From a virus, in the IMG/VR virus record IMGVR_UViG_3300032006_000003, positions 1-64,000 of that record: a stretch of DNA of 64,000 bases; one strand, given 5' to 3'. Position numbers and translations under genes: made by a program. The stretch's first letter is position 1. The number at the start of each line of letters is the position of its first letter. The notes under the pieces are model-generated. The model was not told the origin of the DNA. It made no database searches and was given only the letters and a program-made list of their open reading frames with translations. This document shows positions 46,115-56,449 of the stretch, piece by piece.

Positions 46115-46220
46115 TATGAGGGCTTTCAGGCTTATCCCTCTAGCAAGGCTTACCACGTCTGGTTATATCCAGTTTTTGAACCTCCTAGGCAATCGCCTAA
46201 ACCTACCCACGTACCTTGTC
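46115..46220 (-). ncRNA. candidate structured RNA or cis-element after polA
   Basis: CAAGG/CCTTG closing stem enclosing TAGGC/GCCTA and CTGG/CCAG hairpins, then a GAGGG/CCCTC hairpin. Confidence 0.4.
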
Positions 46221-46223
46221 TAA

Positions 46224-48194
46224 TTATTCCCAATCTATAAAATCCTCCATTCTTGTTTTAAAATGTCCATTGGACAATGCCTTATCTAAATCTACTTTGG
46301 TTGCCCACGATGGATCACATAATTCCATATCCACTTGGAGTGGTATGTTCAAACTATTTGTAATCATAACATCTTTAATCTGATCTGGCAAGGTTCTAAT
46401 GTCGTCTTTATGTATTTCACATATCACTTCGTCATGTACCTGTAATAATAAATGACTTTTAGTATCTTGTAATAACTTATGTACTTCAATTAAGCGTTCA
46501 TTTAATATATCAGCACTAGTTCCTTGAACTAAGTAGTTAACTCCTTTATACCCTAAATCGGCAGGAATCTTATATATCCGACCATATCTATTCTTAATCC
46601 ATCCCCGTGTCTCTACAGTTTGAACTACGGAATCAAAGAACGGCTTAGACCCCTTTAGCCCTGCGAAATAGCGTTTTTTATATTGCCCCGCCTCTTTAGG
46701 ACTAGTTCCTAATTGAATCGCTAATTTCTTATTACCGATACCATAAATAGTTCCGAAGGTTATGGCCTTTGCCATCTGTCTATAGAACTTAAAATCATCT
46801 TTATCTTCATCTGTATTAAACGCAAGCTTTGCTGCTTCCCCATGAAAGTCTACATCTGTTCGATTTAATAATGTATTGATCTCTTCATTTTGTAAATAAC
46901 TTAGAAAGACTCTTACTTCCATCTGTGAGTAATCAAAACCTACCAAATAATAATCAGGGCGAGGTCTAAATAATCTACGGATTGCAATTTGATAATCTAT
47001 AGACTCGTCAAAGGATTCATCTCCTATAAAAGCCCATGTATCAATTACTTCGGGACTTAGATTAGCGGTTCCTGAATCTCCTTTCGCTGCTAAAATTGCA
47101 TTAACCCTCTGCGCCACTTCTTCTCTATCTTCATCTGATAAATCTAAATCTGCTAACTTAAAATGATTACGAGGTATGTTCTGTAGGTTTGGTTCCCTAG
47201 AAGATAGTCTTCCTGTAACCGTTCCCCAATTACAGAAACCTGTATGTAATTCTGTTACCTCTTTATTAGGTTCAAGATAGGTAGAACGTAATTTTTCTAA
47301 TGTTCTATACTGTCGTATATATCCTGCAACAGGATGATTTAATCTGACTAAAGCTGCTTCACTCCATGACTGCGCCCCTTTAGGAGTTAATACAGGAGAA
47401 TATATACCGTGAGAATTTAATATCTCCCCCATTTGCTTTGTACTATTAATATTAAACTCGCCAACCAAAGAATGAATCTTTGTTTGTAAATAGTCTTTAC
47501 GCTTTTCAATCTTTTGCATCGCCGTATCAACATACTCTGTATCAATTTGAATCCCTCTATGTTCCATTTTAAAGAGAGCATAAGTTAATTCAATCTCTAA
47601 CTCTAATATCTCTTCTTGATTTGATTTCTTTATTATTCCTAATGCATCATGATATAACTTCCGTGTCCAATAGACATCTTTCTCACAATACGGTCCTAAT
47701 ATATCGGGAGGGGCTAAAGAAAAATCTTTATTCCATTTATTACTACGTAACTGTTTTTTGGTATCTATATCATACTGAGCGTCCGACTCTCCATACCGCC
47801 GTTTTATCGTCTGAGTCAGTCCTAAATCTTTAACTGAAGCTGACTCGATTAGACGTACCATTACAATTACATCCACTAATCTACTCTCTAAGGTGTTTAA
47901 CCCCTCCTTCTCTAAAAAATGTAAATCGAATTTAATGTTATATCCGATTAGAGTCGAACAACCACTCAGTATGGTCATTAAATTGTTTATTGTTTCGGGA
48001 GGAAGATTGCTTCCCTGTTGATGCCTAAAGGGGAAATAGTATGTGTCCCCATTCAATCCTGCTACACCAACCCCACAAATTTGATTCATGCCAAACGCAT
48101 CTAACCCATTTGTTTCTACATCCACAATTAAGGTGTCTTGTATTTTTAATATTTGCTCAACTTCATTATATTGAGCAAGTGTTTCGACAAGCAT
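46224..48194 (-). CDS. polA: DNA polymerase family A with 3'-5' exonuclease
   Basis: DVET, YNIKFD, YCEKD, TGRLSS..PNLQNIP, DYSQME, KAITFGTIYG, VHDE. Confidence 0.92.
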   Translation of the reverse strand: MLVETLAQYNEVEQILKIQDTLIVDVETNGLDAFGMNQICGVGVAGLNGDTYYFPFRHQQGSNLPPETINNLMTILSGCSTLIGYNIKFDLHFLEKEGLNTLESRLVDVIVMVRLIESASVKDLGLTQTIKRRYGESDAQYDIDTKKQLRSNKWNKDFSLAPPDILGPYCEKDVYWTRKLYHDALGIIKKSNQEEILELEIELTYALFKMEHRGIQIDTEYVDTAMQKIEKRKDYLQTKIHSLVGEFNINSTKQMGEILNSHGIYSPVLTPKGAQSWSEAALVRLNHPVAGYIRQYRTLEKLRSTYLEPNKEVTELHTGFCNWGTVTGRLSSREPNLQNIPRNHFKLADLDLSDEDREEVAQRVNAILAAKGDSGTANLSPEVIDTWAFIGDESFDESIDYQIAIRRLFRPRPDYYLVGFDYSQMEVRVFLSYLQNEEINTLLNRTDVDFHGEAAKLAFNTDEDKDDFKFYRQMAKAITFGTIYGIGNKKLAIQLGTSPKEAGQYKKRYFAGLKGSKPFFDSVVQTVETRGWIKNRYGRIYKIPADLGYKGVNYLVQGTSADILNERLIEVHKLLQDTKSHLLLQVHDEVICEIHKDDIRTLPDQIKDVMITNSLNIPLQVDMELCDPSWATKVDLDKALSNGHFKTRMEDFIDWE

Positions 48195-48209
48195 CTCCCC
48201 TCCCGAACT

Positions 48210-48908
48210 TTAAAATAAATCGTCGCTTTCGGCATCAACTTTCACTACATCACCTGTCCCATTTTGAGACTCTTCATTTCCTCCGCCATAACGACTAAGG
48301 AAATATTCTCGAATAGTAGGAAGGTCTGTAACATCTTCCGACCTATCATCAGGAACATCAGTATCTCGTGCTGTTGCTGCTATAGTATATGACGTATCGT
48401 ACATACCTGTACCAGTTCTTTTTACTCGAATGACACCCTTATTTAGAGTTCCCCAATCGTGGTAAATATCTACTAACTGGTTCCAAATATAATCACTTCG
48501 TCCAAAGGTTAATGTAATCACCCTAAAGTCATTAACTTCTTCTTTGAAAAGTTTTCTCCCACCGGGACCTGTAACTTCAATACAATCGTCTGTTCGTTTA
48601 TCTGGATGAACAATCTCATGTACATATCCCCAAAAGGCAAATTTGTGTGAAGGTCTGTAAGTATCTGGAACCATACTAGTATCCACATCCTTATCAGACA
48701 GGAGATTTATCCAACGTCCACCTGACTGATAGGTATATAAATATAGTTCATCAAGTAAATTATCGCCCTCATCACCTGTGGCTACAGGGGTAATAAATGC
48801 CTGATCTCCATCCTTAAACCAAATCTCTCGTCGTGGAGGTTGTGAATCTTGTCTGGTCTGTGACCATGTTTCTACTCTTGTCGCTGCTATTTTACTTATA
48901 CCGCCCAT
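48210..48908 (-). CDS. single-stranded DNA-binding protein (gp32-like)
   Basis: VKRTGTGMYDTSY motif; acidic ..DDLF tail; position between primase and polA. Confidence 0.65.
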   Translation of the reverse strand: MGGISKIAATRVETWSQTRQDSQPPRREIWFKDGDQAFITPVATGDEGDNLLDELYLYTYQSGGRWINLLSDKDVDTSMVPDTYRPSHKFAFWGYVHEIVHPDKRTDDCIEVTGPGGRKLFKEEVNDFRVITLTFGRSDYIWNQLVDIYHDWGTLNKGVIRVKRTGTGMYDTSYTIAATARDTDVPDDRSEDVTDLPTIREYFLSRYGGGNEESQNGTGDVVKVDAESDDLF

Positions 48909-48920
48909 TTAATTTTCCTC

Positions 48921-49781
48921 CTACCACAAAGCCCTATTCTCTAAAGCCTCGTGTAATATTTGTGAATCTCGTATATCTTGAACATCCTTATAACCTTTAG
49001 GAATCTGTACAGTACTTACTATACACCTTTGGCTAAGAGTCGTCAAAACTTTTTCTGTAGCTTTTGAGCCTGCTTCATCGTTATCTAAACAAAGCACTAT
49101 CTCATTTGTTGGTAGCTGTAATAACTTTTCTTGTTGGACCCTAGATGCATTGGCTCCTAGAAGTGCTACAGACGTGTATCCATGTTGGTCAAGCCACATT
49201 GTATCTAAGCATCCCTCCGTTACGCAAATAAATGGTTGTGGAGTAACATGATTATTTCCAAATAAAACTTGCGACTTCTTTAAACCTTTGGAGTATAAAT
49301 ACTTCGGAGTCATATATAATCTTCTAGTGATCCATCCAACTACCTTCTTTCCCTCAAAAATAGGGATTACCAAACTATTCTCTAAATCAACTGCACACCT
49401 CCATTTACTTAATGTTTCTTTATTAAACTCTCTATTGAATATCCACTCAGGGACATATCCCATCTCATACGGAAATTCTACTTCAGACATCTCTACTATG
49501 TCAACATCTTCTTCAGTATCAAACATATTTAAATCAAATGTTAATTGTTTTGTTAAGAGTACTTCATCTATAGCATCCCATGATATCTTTAAATACTTGG
49601 CGAGAAATCCTTTTAACCCCCCTTGTCCACATCCTGCATGACAAATCCATACTCCTTTATCTAAATTAACTGAGAGTGATGGTTCTACGTCAGAATGAAA
49701 TGGGCAAGTCATGTTAAATTCATCACGATCTGCTGGAACATTAATTCCTGACTCTAATAGTACAGAGGCCCAATTTACCAT
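48921..49781 (-). CDS. dnaG: DNA primase
   Basis: CPFH..CHAGC Zn finger; TOPRIM VTEG.LD and LDND.AG. Confidence 0.9.
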   Translation of the reverse strand: MVNWASVLLESGINVPADRDEFNMTCPFHSDVEPSLSVNLDKGVWICHAGCGQGGLKGFLAKYLKISWDAIDEVLLTKQLTFDLNMFDTEEDVDIVEMSEVEFPYEMGYVPEWIFNREFNKETLSKWRCAVDLENSLVIPIFEGKKVVGWITRRLYMTPKYLYSKGLKKSQVLFGNNHVTPQPFICVTEGCLDTMWLDQHGYTSVALLGANASRVQQEKLLQLPTNEIVLCLDNDEAGSKATEKVLTTLSQRCIVSTVQIPKGYKDVQDIRDSQILHEALENRALW

Positions 49782-49963
49782 TACGCTTTTTTATCCTTCC
49801 TCAAGAAAAAGACTACCTCATTCTTATAACCACAATACGGGCAGGGTAGTGACCCTTGCTGAATATGTCCAACCGTTGCATCAATTCGTTGTCTACAACC
49901 CTTACATAATTTTGGTTTGCCTACTGCTACCCTACTCTTATCTAATAACCAATTCATAATCAT
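49781..49963 (-). CDS. small Zn-ribbon protein
   Basis: CKGC..CPYC. Confidence 0.55.
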   Translation of the reverse strand: MIMNWLLDKSRVAVGKPKLCKGCRQRIDATVGHIQQGSLPCPYCGYKNEVVFFLRKDKKA

Positions 49964-49973
49964 TACTTACCTC

Positions 49974-51209
49974 CTAATAATCCGGGTTTACTTCATAAAT
50001 CTCGCCTATATCTGGGTTCCAATGCATAACTGACGTTTCTACAAATGACTCAGCATCTCTGTATTTTTGGTATTGAATTAGCCTTCTAGTAGGCATATCT
50101 TCTACCTCGCACATTGAGAGTACTACATCAGACGCTCTTAGTAAAGCATCTCCAAATGCAACTTGGTCAGCTTGTGGGGGTCTATATATATCTGCCGCAT
50201 CTCTATTTGCTTGTGTAGCGGCTAACATGCTTACATCATTCGATGTACATAAGTTCTTTAATCCGTAAAATAATGCATGACTTTCTTCCCATGCTTGTCG
50301 TCTACCGTTTCCACTTTGAATTAAATATACACCATCAATCACTACAAAATCAGGAGAGTGTTTCCTAATTAAATTAGCAATAGAAGATAAGGTAATACCA
50401 TTTTGTCCTGCAATATGGTCACAAATTAATAGTGGTCTACCATCTAGTTCTTGTAAGAAAGTTTTATAGGCGTTTTCATCTATAGCTTCGCCACTTCGTA
50501 AGGCTCTATGCGAAAAGTTATACCCCATTATATTAGCCATAATTACGTCTGCTCGTAAACTAATTGCTGATAAGGGCATCTCCGTAGAAATTAATAAGGT
50601 TTTATATCCTTGAGAAGCTGCTACGGCAGCTGAATGTACCAATAACCAAGTCTTTCCAATAGAGGGTCGAGCAAAAACTGAAATCAATTCTCCCGACAAC
50701 CATCCAACACCTGTCTTATTAATAGCATCAAATATAGTAGGCATCCCTAAAATGCCTCCTTGAATATTTCGTTGAGCATTTCGGGCTTGCCACTCTTCAT
50801 ACCTAGTTAATGCGCCTGATCCATAAGGTACTACATCTTCATCATAAACTACACCAACATCATTCAATGCAGTTGTAATAGACGCATATGCTTTCTTAGG
50901 ATCATCTTGCAATAATGGTTTATTATCTTGAAAAACTCCTACAATCTGACGATATAGAACCTGTCGTTTAAAACTATCTAAAGTATACTCTAACTGTAAT
51001 GTTTGAGCCGCAGGGTCTAAGGTTGGAAAATTCTCTTGTAATATCTCAGGCGAAGGGAACTCTCCATAGTTATCAAAATGCCTAAGAAGAAATTCATATG
51101 CATCCCCATGAATTGCAAAATCTTTAGTTGTATACCTAAACTGTCGTAACGCTTTCGGACTTTCCAATCCAAATACTATTCCTGACTCAATAAACTCAAA
51201 GCTTTCCAC
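49974..51209 (-). CDS. dnaB: replicative DNA helicase
   Basis: ARPSIGKT, STEM, VVIDGVYL, TQANR. Confidence 0.9.
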   Translation of the reverse strand: MESFEFIESGIVFGLESPKALRQFRYTTKDFAIHGDAYEFLLRHFDNYGEFPSPEILQENFPTLDPAAQTLQLEYTLDSFKRQVLYRQIVGVFQDNKPLLQDDPKKAYASITTALNDVGVVYDEDVVPYGSGALTRYEEWQARNAQRNIQGGILGMPTIFDAINKTGVGWLSGELISVFARPSIGKTWLLVHSAAVAASQGYKTLLISTEMPLSAISLRADVIMANIMGYNFSHRALRSGEAIDENAYKTFLQELDGRPLLICDHIAGQNGITLSSIANLIRKHSPDFVVIDGVYLIQSGNGRRQAWEESHALFYGLKNLCTSNDVSMLAATQANRDAADIYRPPQADQVAFGDALLRASDVVLSMCEVEDMPTRRLIQYQKYRDAESFVETSVMHWNPDIGEIYEVNPDY

Positions 51210-51212
51210 TAC

Positions 51213-51464
51213 TTACCTCCTTGTCGAAAAGACTTCTTCCATAAGGTTTCCTTCATTATCTTCCCCATATACAGAACATGTCAAGTAGTTAGATGCCTGT
51301 ATTCGGGCAATTAAGACAGCTTCTTTTAAATTTGTATGCTTTCCGAAGTCGGCAATCTCAGATAAATCTGTCTCAGCTAAAACTCTATAGTAAGTAGGTG
51401 TAGGTGTCAAGAGGCTCTTTTTAATCAGCGATCCCCGTTGCCCACGCTTCATGTAAGGCATCAT
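51213..51464 (-). CDS. hypothetical protein
   Basis: Start MMPYMK after GGAGG. Confidence 0.5.
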   Translation of the reverse strand: MMPYMKRGQRGSLIKKSLLTPTPTYYRVLAETDLSEIADFGKHTNLKEAVLIARIQASNYLTCSVYGEDNEGNLMEEVFSTRR

Positions 51465-51954
51465 TACCTCCAATTTTATTTTGAAGACTTTGACGTATTC
51501 GGTACGCTGAATCTTCAAGTTCATGAGAAATTTCTTCCATTGTTAATCCTTCTAAACGTAAAAAGACAAATCGTTGTTCTTTTAATGTTAAATCATACTG
51601 GTTTAATACATCTGCTATTTCAAATCGTTCCTTATCATCAGCAGCTTGTAAAAGGTTTAATATCTTTGTTGGTATAACTTCAGCATCTGTAATCTGATCT
51701 AAGCTATCTGAAATTACTTGTCGTTGGGCTTTTGAAATTAATGTTCGTAATGTATTTACCATTGCTGTATGTAAATAAGTATGGAATAAAACTCCTTTAT
51801 CTTCATTAAATCCTCGTGCTGCTTTAATAATTGCTATTCGTAACTCCTGTTCTAAATCTCCGTGATCCATACCGATTACAAAAGTATTCTGTAATAAGCG
51901 GTGTATCTTAGGTTCCCATTGTTTAATTAGATCATCATTTATCTCAATTGTCAT
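51421..51954 (-). CDS. sigma-70 family RNA polymerase sigma factor
   Basis: Region 2 DLEQELRIAIIKAARGFN..F.TY; region 4 LT.KEQR..EGLTMEEIS. Confidence 0.85.
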   Translation of the reverse strand: MTIEINDDLIKQWEPKIHRLLQNTFVIGMDHGDLEQELRIAIIKAARGFNEDKGVLFHTYLHTAMVNTLRTLISKAQRQVISDSLDQITDAEVIPTKILNLLQAADDKERFEIADVLNQYDLTLKEQRFVFLRLEGLTMEEISHELEDSAYRIRQSLQNKIGGNDALHEAWATGIAD

Positions 51955-52328
51955 TAGCCATCCCTCCATCCTCTATAAGTACATGAACGACTACAATAAA
52001 TATTCTTATAGCCGTATCTATAATTTTTTAATAATACATGTCGTTTACGATAAAACTTAACATGGCAAAACGAACATTCTACTTCAATATTAGTGTATTT
52101 AAATCGACACGCATTAGAGCAGAACTTTCTATTGTACCCATGAAGTATACTACAACCAGTACAGGTACGCAAATCTTTTTTAGCTTTTGGCACACATGTA
52201 ATTAAATCATTTTTCTGAAGTATATAGGATACATATTGTTTACTAACTCCTACTGTTTTTGCAATATCAATAGAAGGTAATAAAGGATACTTCTTACGTA
52301 ACCGTACAATCCTATTTTTAGCTTTCAT
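51954..52328 (-). CDS. HTH + Zn-finger protein
   Basis: IAKTVGVSKQYV; FCSNAC and YCSRSC repeats. Confidence 0.7.
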   Translation of the reverse strand: MKAKNRIVRLRKKYPLLPSIDIAKTVGVSKQYVSYILQKNDLITCVPKAKKDLRTCTGCSILHGYNRKFCSNACRFKYTNIEVECSFCHVKFYRKRHVLLKNYRYGYKNIYCSRSCTYRGWRDG

Positions 52329-55300
52329 TAGCTAGACTCTAATATCTCAATCCGTCTTTTTAATTCTTTTACGGCCCCAATAAGAGGGGCAATAAACTGT
52401 TCATAATTTAATGTTCTCATATTTGCTTCACTTACAGTTGAATTACCTGTAATCTCTCCTGTTGTTGGGTCTACAGTATCTCTAGTAATATCCGAAGTTT
52501 CTGCTGTGGGTATTTTAATTAGCCCTGACTTCGTTTTATCAATACTTAGTCCAGTTAAAACATCTTCAACTTCTTGAGCAACCAATCCATAATGTAGGAT
52601 ATCACCTCCATGCTTATTGAATTTGCGTGGGGTTAAAGCATTTATGAATGCTAATGAATCAGCATTTGTAAACTCGACTATATTAGATTTCAGTCGTGAA
52701 TCTGATCCAGTATTACCTCCGTTATAATATACATCCCCTGCAAAATAACCATCTTTCCATCTATAGCTATTTGTTCCCCAATCAGTATTCCCATTATTAA
52801 ATGCATTAACATGGTAATTAGTACTCATCCAGAAAAATAAATCATCAAAATAATTCTCGTATACGTACCCTGTTGTACTACGCAATCTATATTGATTACT
52901 ACCTCCATTATAAAAATAGATACTAGGTGAGTCTCCACTAACACCATAAAATTTTGCGTCATTACTATCTAATACATACCGAGAAACCCCAGAATTGGCG
53001 GAAGTTTGTATAGTTGTGCCTGTAATAGTCCCGCTAGTTATAGACCCTATATTAGCATTTATTGCCGATAACCCCGTAGTATTAAAAGAGGATGTATTAA
53101 TTTCAGCTGCTGTAATCTGACCAGAAGCTATCTCATTTACTGTAATAGCGTTAGCAGCTATTTGACCTGTATCAATTGTATTAGCCCTAATTTGTGTGGC
53201 TGTAAGAGAGCCAGTTGCTATCTGTACAGCATTTAATGTAGGTATCCTAGAGCCAAACGGAAGTATTGTTGGTGCATCTCCCCATCCATTTAAACTTGTT
53301 TGAACAGTAGCAAGCATTACTTTATTTGCTCCAATTGCATCTGAATATGTTGTTGAAGGAGTTGCCATACTATATGTTTGCCCATTAAGAAATCCGCTAC
53401 TTCCTGCATCTACATAGAAATAATAACCAGTATTCTGTGCCAAACTTGCTGCTACGCCCGCATTAATAGTACAGACTGTACCATCATCGAACTCTATTGA
53501 TCCGTTACCATTATTTGTTCCATTATCCCATTTTAATGCATTCCATGCCGTGCCTGTCCAACGTAAGTTAGTGGCCCACGGTTGAATATTCTTTGCAATT
53601 TCTGTAGCGGAAATTGATCCTGAAGTTATAATATTAGATGCAGCCATTTTATTTGCTGCTTGACCGGGAGAAGAGGCTCCAAAAATACCAAATTCTACTT
53701 CAGGGTCACCATAACGTACCCATAAAATACGAATTTTATTAGAACTCTCAACGTATGAAGCTTCAGCTTTTACTTGAAATTCTGACTTACTTACACTTGG
53801 ATCATAATAAACATAATATATTGTAGACCCGGATAAGGCGGTATTACTTAATTTAGCATAAGTATTTCCTGCTGCGATAGTTTCAGTTCCTGATGCACTA
53901 TATAATGTTCCTGTAGTCCATTCTAATCTATCACCCTTATTATTTCCACTAACTCCTGCTACAAATTCACCTGTTTCATATCTCCATCCTAATGTACCAA
54001 TACCTGTTTCTGCTTCAAGAGTATCTCCTCTTGCGGCATCAATAATTCCTGCAAATCCACTTTCTCCTCCGGGAACATTGAAAACATCTGTATCATTATT
54101 TTCACCTACAGTATGCCATGTTGAATCTGATTTACCAGCACCTTCCAGATATATAGTCTTTGTAACTAAGTGGTTTCCTTTTACGCCTTGAGCCAAATTT
54201 TCAACTCGTAAATCATCTCCTGCTCGTACAGGAATATAAATTCGGACATAATGATCGGCTCCCATTTCTGTATTTGTTGTCGCCTTGTTCATATTAATTG
54301 TAAGCGTAGTATCTGAAGCATATGCAGCTATTTGTCCATGCGCTACTTCAGTAGTGAAAGAAGCATCCGTACCATAAAATCTAGCTGTCATACCTACTCT
54401 AACTCCATACTCATTTATAGGTACGGTAGTTGAGCCATCTATATTTGTAAATCCCATTGTTCGTTGACGAGTTCCGCTACCACCCGGATTAGAACTAATT
54501 TGAATATCTAGATAGTAGTAGGGGCTTCTTGTAGTTGCGAAACTACCCCGTCTAATATCTTTTGTAGTCCGTCTTAATTTAGATAAAACAGCTTCTCGTA
54601 AACTATCTGGATGATCATCATTTCTATGCATCATTCTTACAGGTCTACGAACATTCCATGCGTTTAAAGCACGACCTTCATAAGCATGGGTAATGTTAGG
54701 AGAAGCATTAAATTTACAATAGGCTCCTGATGTATCTCCTCTAATATATACATAAGTATCGGTTCCAAAGTTATTTAAAGGGAAGGCTTTTCCTGCTCCA
54801 GTAGAGGTAGTAGTACTTGCGGCATCAGTATTTCTTACATCTGATACTAAAATATGTTCTATGCCAGCTTGAGTATTAACCCCCCCTGTTTCTACCGAAT
54901 TATATTGGATTGTGCCAACGTTTAAAGCTAAACAAGAACCGTCATTAGCATTAAAACTAGGAGTTCCTGACTCTGCTTTAAATACACTAAAGGTTTCAGC
55001 TGCTCCTGCACCCGCAACCTCATTATTTGAATCGGTACTAATTTTTTTAGCATTATGAGTCTTAAATCTTGGAAAACAAGCAAAGCTATTGCCAAGGGAA
55101 AGAGCGAAATCATAAGTATACCATAATTCAAAAATAGTAGTGGCTCGTATATCTTCTCGATCTGACTCTTCAGTAGCAAAGTCTGCGGCAGCCCCACCAG
55201 ATGTTTTAACATTTGATGAGGAGTTATCTCTTGCATTATAAGTTACTATTACGTGACTATTTAAATTCGTACTAGGATCAATAAAATCTGAATTCGGTAA

Positions 55301-56449
55301 CATAAGTCGTCGAGCGGGCAACGTAGTAGTCCCATCTCTGGGTTGTACTCCTTGTTCAACATATGAGTTAGATGTAGGGTCTGTTATAATTAAACCATTT
55401 GTTGCGAAGTTTGCTGATAGTGGTCGAGTTCCTCGTTTATGATAGTTAAATTCTTGTTTATGAGTTCCGCCATTTGGTAATATCCATGCCCGTTCAACCG
55501 TGGCTCCTATTAGATGGGTAGTAGCTTGGTTAAAAGTAGGTGGGTCAGTAGGTGTAATTCGAGTAGCAACTGTGAGTGTTGTACTATCAGGTATACCAGT
55601 AATTGTCATTTGTTCGGAGCCAATCACAATAGCATCAGAAGTAGCAAAGCCTATTGTAGATGCAACTGTTACTGTAGTAGCACTTGGACTAGCGGATAAT
55701 AATACTGTTAAACTTGTAGACTGATCGGGTTTTGGATACGTAAAATTAGGATCGACATAATAATCAAAACCAATATTTTCATAACGAGAAGTATTATGAG
55801 GATCATCCATAGCTATTTCGTTAATTGTTTGAAGAACAGATCGTTGTGAATGCTCTAATATTAAATTACTTTTAACATTTTCTATTGATAATTGATTACG
55901 AGATTTTGTAACTGTAGCACCACTTGTTCCTGTCGCAACATCGGTAACCCCTAAAATCTTACTATTAACACAATCTGTACTTTCAATTAAATATTCAATT
56001 TGTTTCTGTTTGGTATTAGCAAGACTATAGAGAATTCCTTGTTTCTTTTGAGGTAATACATCAACACCTAATTCTCTTGCAGGATAATCTCTTAATTCTC
56101 CTAATGCGTCATTAGCTACTAGTCTAATTGAATCTCCCCATTGTGCGTCCCATTTAGTGTCTGCTTCGTAACAATAGCCTGCAAAAACAATCATATGTGT
56201 TTCGTCATCAACTAATATAATAGGTTTAAATAAATTAAATTTATCTGTATATGGACCTGTACGACTATCTTCATCATCTACAAGTGATCTATCAGGCGCA
56301 CGATTTGAAATAGTAATAGTAGCAATTCTACCATTTCCTAAACTGTCTTCTAATTCAAGCCCGATAACAGCACTTGCATCATTGTTAGTTGTAACAGCTT
56401 CCCAACGTAAACTATTCCAATAATATAAATTTAATTTAGGGGCTGCCAT
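52328..56449 (-). CDS. large tail-tip/baseplate-fibre protein with C-terminal intramolecular chaperone (peptidase S74-like)
   Basis: 1373 aa; SDSRLKSNI..GLVAQEVE..LNYEQFIAPLIGAVKEL. Confidence 0.8.
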   Translation of the reverse strand: MAAPKLNLYYWNSLRWEAVTTNNDASAVIGLELEDSLGNGRIATITISNRAPDRSLVDDEDSRTGPYTDKFNLFKPIILVDDETHMIVFAGYCYEADTKWDAQWGDSIRLVANDALGELRDYPARELGVDVLPQKKQGILYSLANTKQKQIEYLIESTDCVNSKILGVTDVATGTSGATVTKSRNQLSIENVKSNLILEHSQRSVLQTINEIAMDDPHNTSRYENIGFDYYVDPNFTYPKPDQSTSLTVLLSASPSATTVTVASTIGFATSDAIVIGSEQMTITGIPDSTTLTVATRITPTDPPTFNQATTHLIGATVERAWILPNGGTHKQEFNYHKRGTRPLSANFATNGLIITDPTSNSYVEQGVQPRDGTTTLPARRLMLPNSDFIDPSTNLNSHVIVTYNARDNSSSNVKTSGGAAADFATEESDREDIRATTIFELWYTYDFALSLGNSFACFPRFKTHNAKKISTDSNNEVAGAGAAETFSVFKAESGTPSFNANDGSCLALNVGTIQYNSVETGGVNTQAGIEHILVSDVRNTDAASTTTSTGAGKAFPLNNFGTDTYVYIRGDTSGAYCKFNASPNITHAYEGRALNAWNVRRPVRMMHRNDDHPDSLREAVLSKLRRTTKDIRRGSFATTRSPYYYLDIQISSNPGGSGTRQRTMGFTNIDGSTTVPINEYGVRVGMTARFYGTDASFTTEVAHGQIAAYASDTTLTINMNKATTNTEMGADHYVRIYIPVRAGDDLRVENLAQGVKGNHLVTKTIYLEGAGKSDSTWHTVGENNDTDVFNVPGGESGFAGIIDAARGDTLEAETGIGTLGWRYETGEFVAGVSGNNKGDRLEWTTGTLYSASGTETIAAGNTYAKLSNTALSGSTIYYVYYDPSVSKSEFQVKAEASYVESSNKIRILWVRYGDPEVEFGIFGASSPGQAANKMAASNIITSGSISATEIAKNIQPWATNLRWTGTAWNALKWDNGTNNGNGSIEFDDGTVCTINAGVAASLAQNTGYYFYVDAGSSGFLNGQTYSMATPSTTYSDAIGANKVMLATVQTSLNGWGDAPTILPFGSRIPTLNAVQIATGSLTATQIRANTIDTGQIAANAITVNEIASGQITAAEINTSSFNTTGLSAINANIGSITSGTITGTTIQTSANSGVSRYVLDSNDAKFYGVSGDSPSIYFYNGGSNQYRLRSTTGYVYENYFDDLFFWMSTNYHVNAFNNGNTDWGTNSYRWKDGYFAGDVYYNGGNTGSDSRLKSNIVEFTNADSLAFINALTPRKFNKHGGDILHYGLVAQEVEDVLTGLSIDKTKSGLIKIPTAETSDITRDTVDPTTGEITGNSTVSEANMRTLNYEQFIAPLIGAVKELKRRIEILESS

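Noticed and set aside
46160-46190. tRNA (GGTTCAAA T-loop-like word)
   Set aside because: No T-stem or cloverleaf can be formed. No tRNA, including tRNA-Sec, was recognised in the window.
37954-51209. Inteins or introns in NrdJ, TerL, RecA, PolA or DnaB
   Set aside because: Protein lengths are normal and no C..HN splice motifs or split frames were seen. The PolA insert is too short and lacks intein termini.
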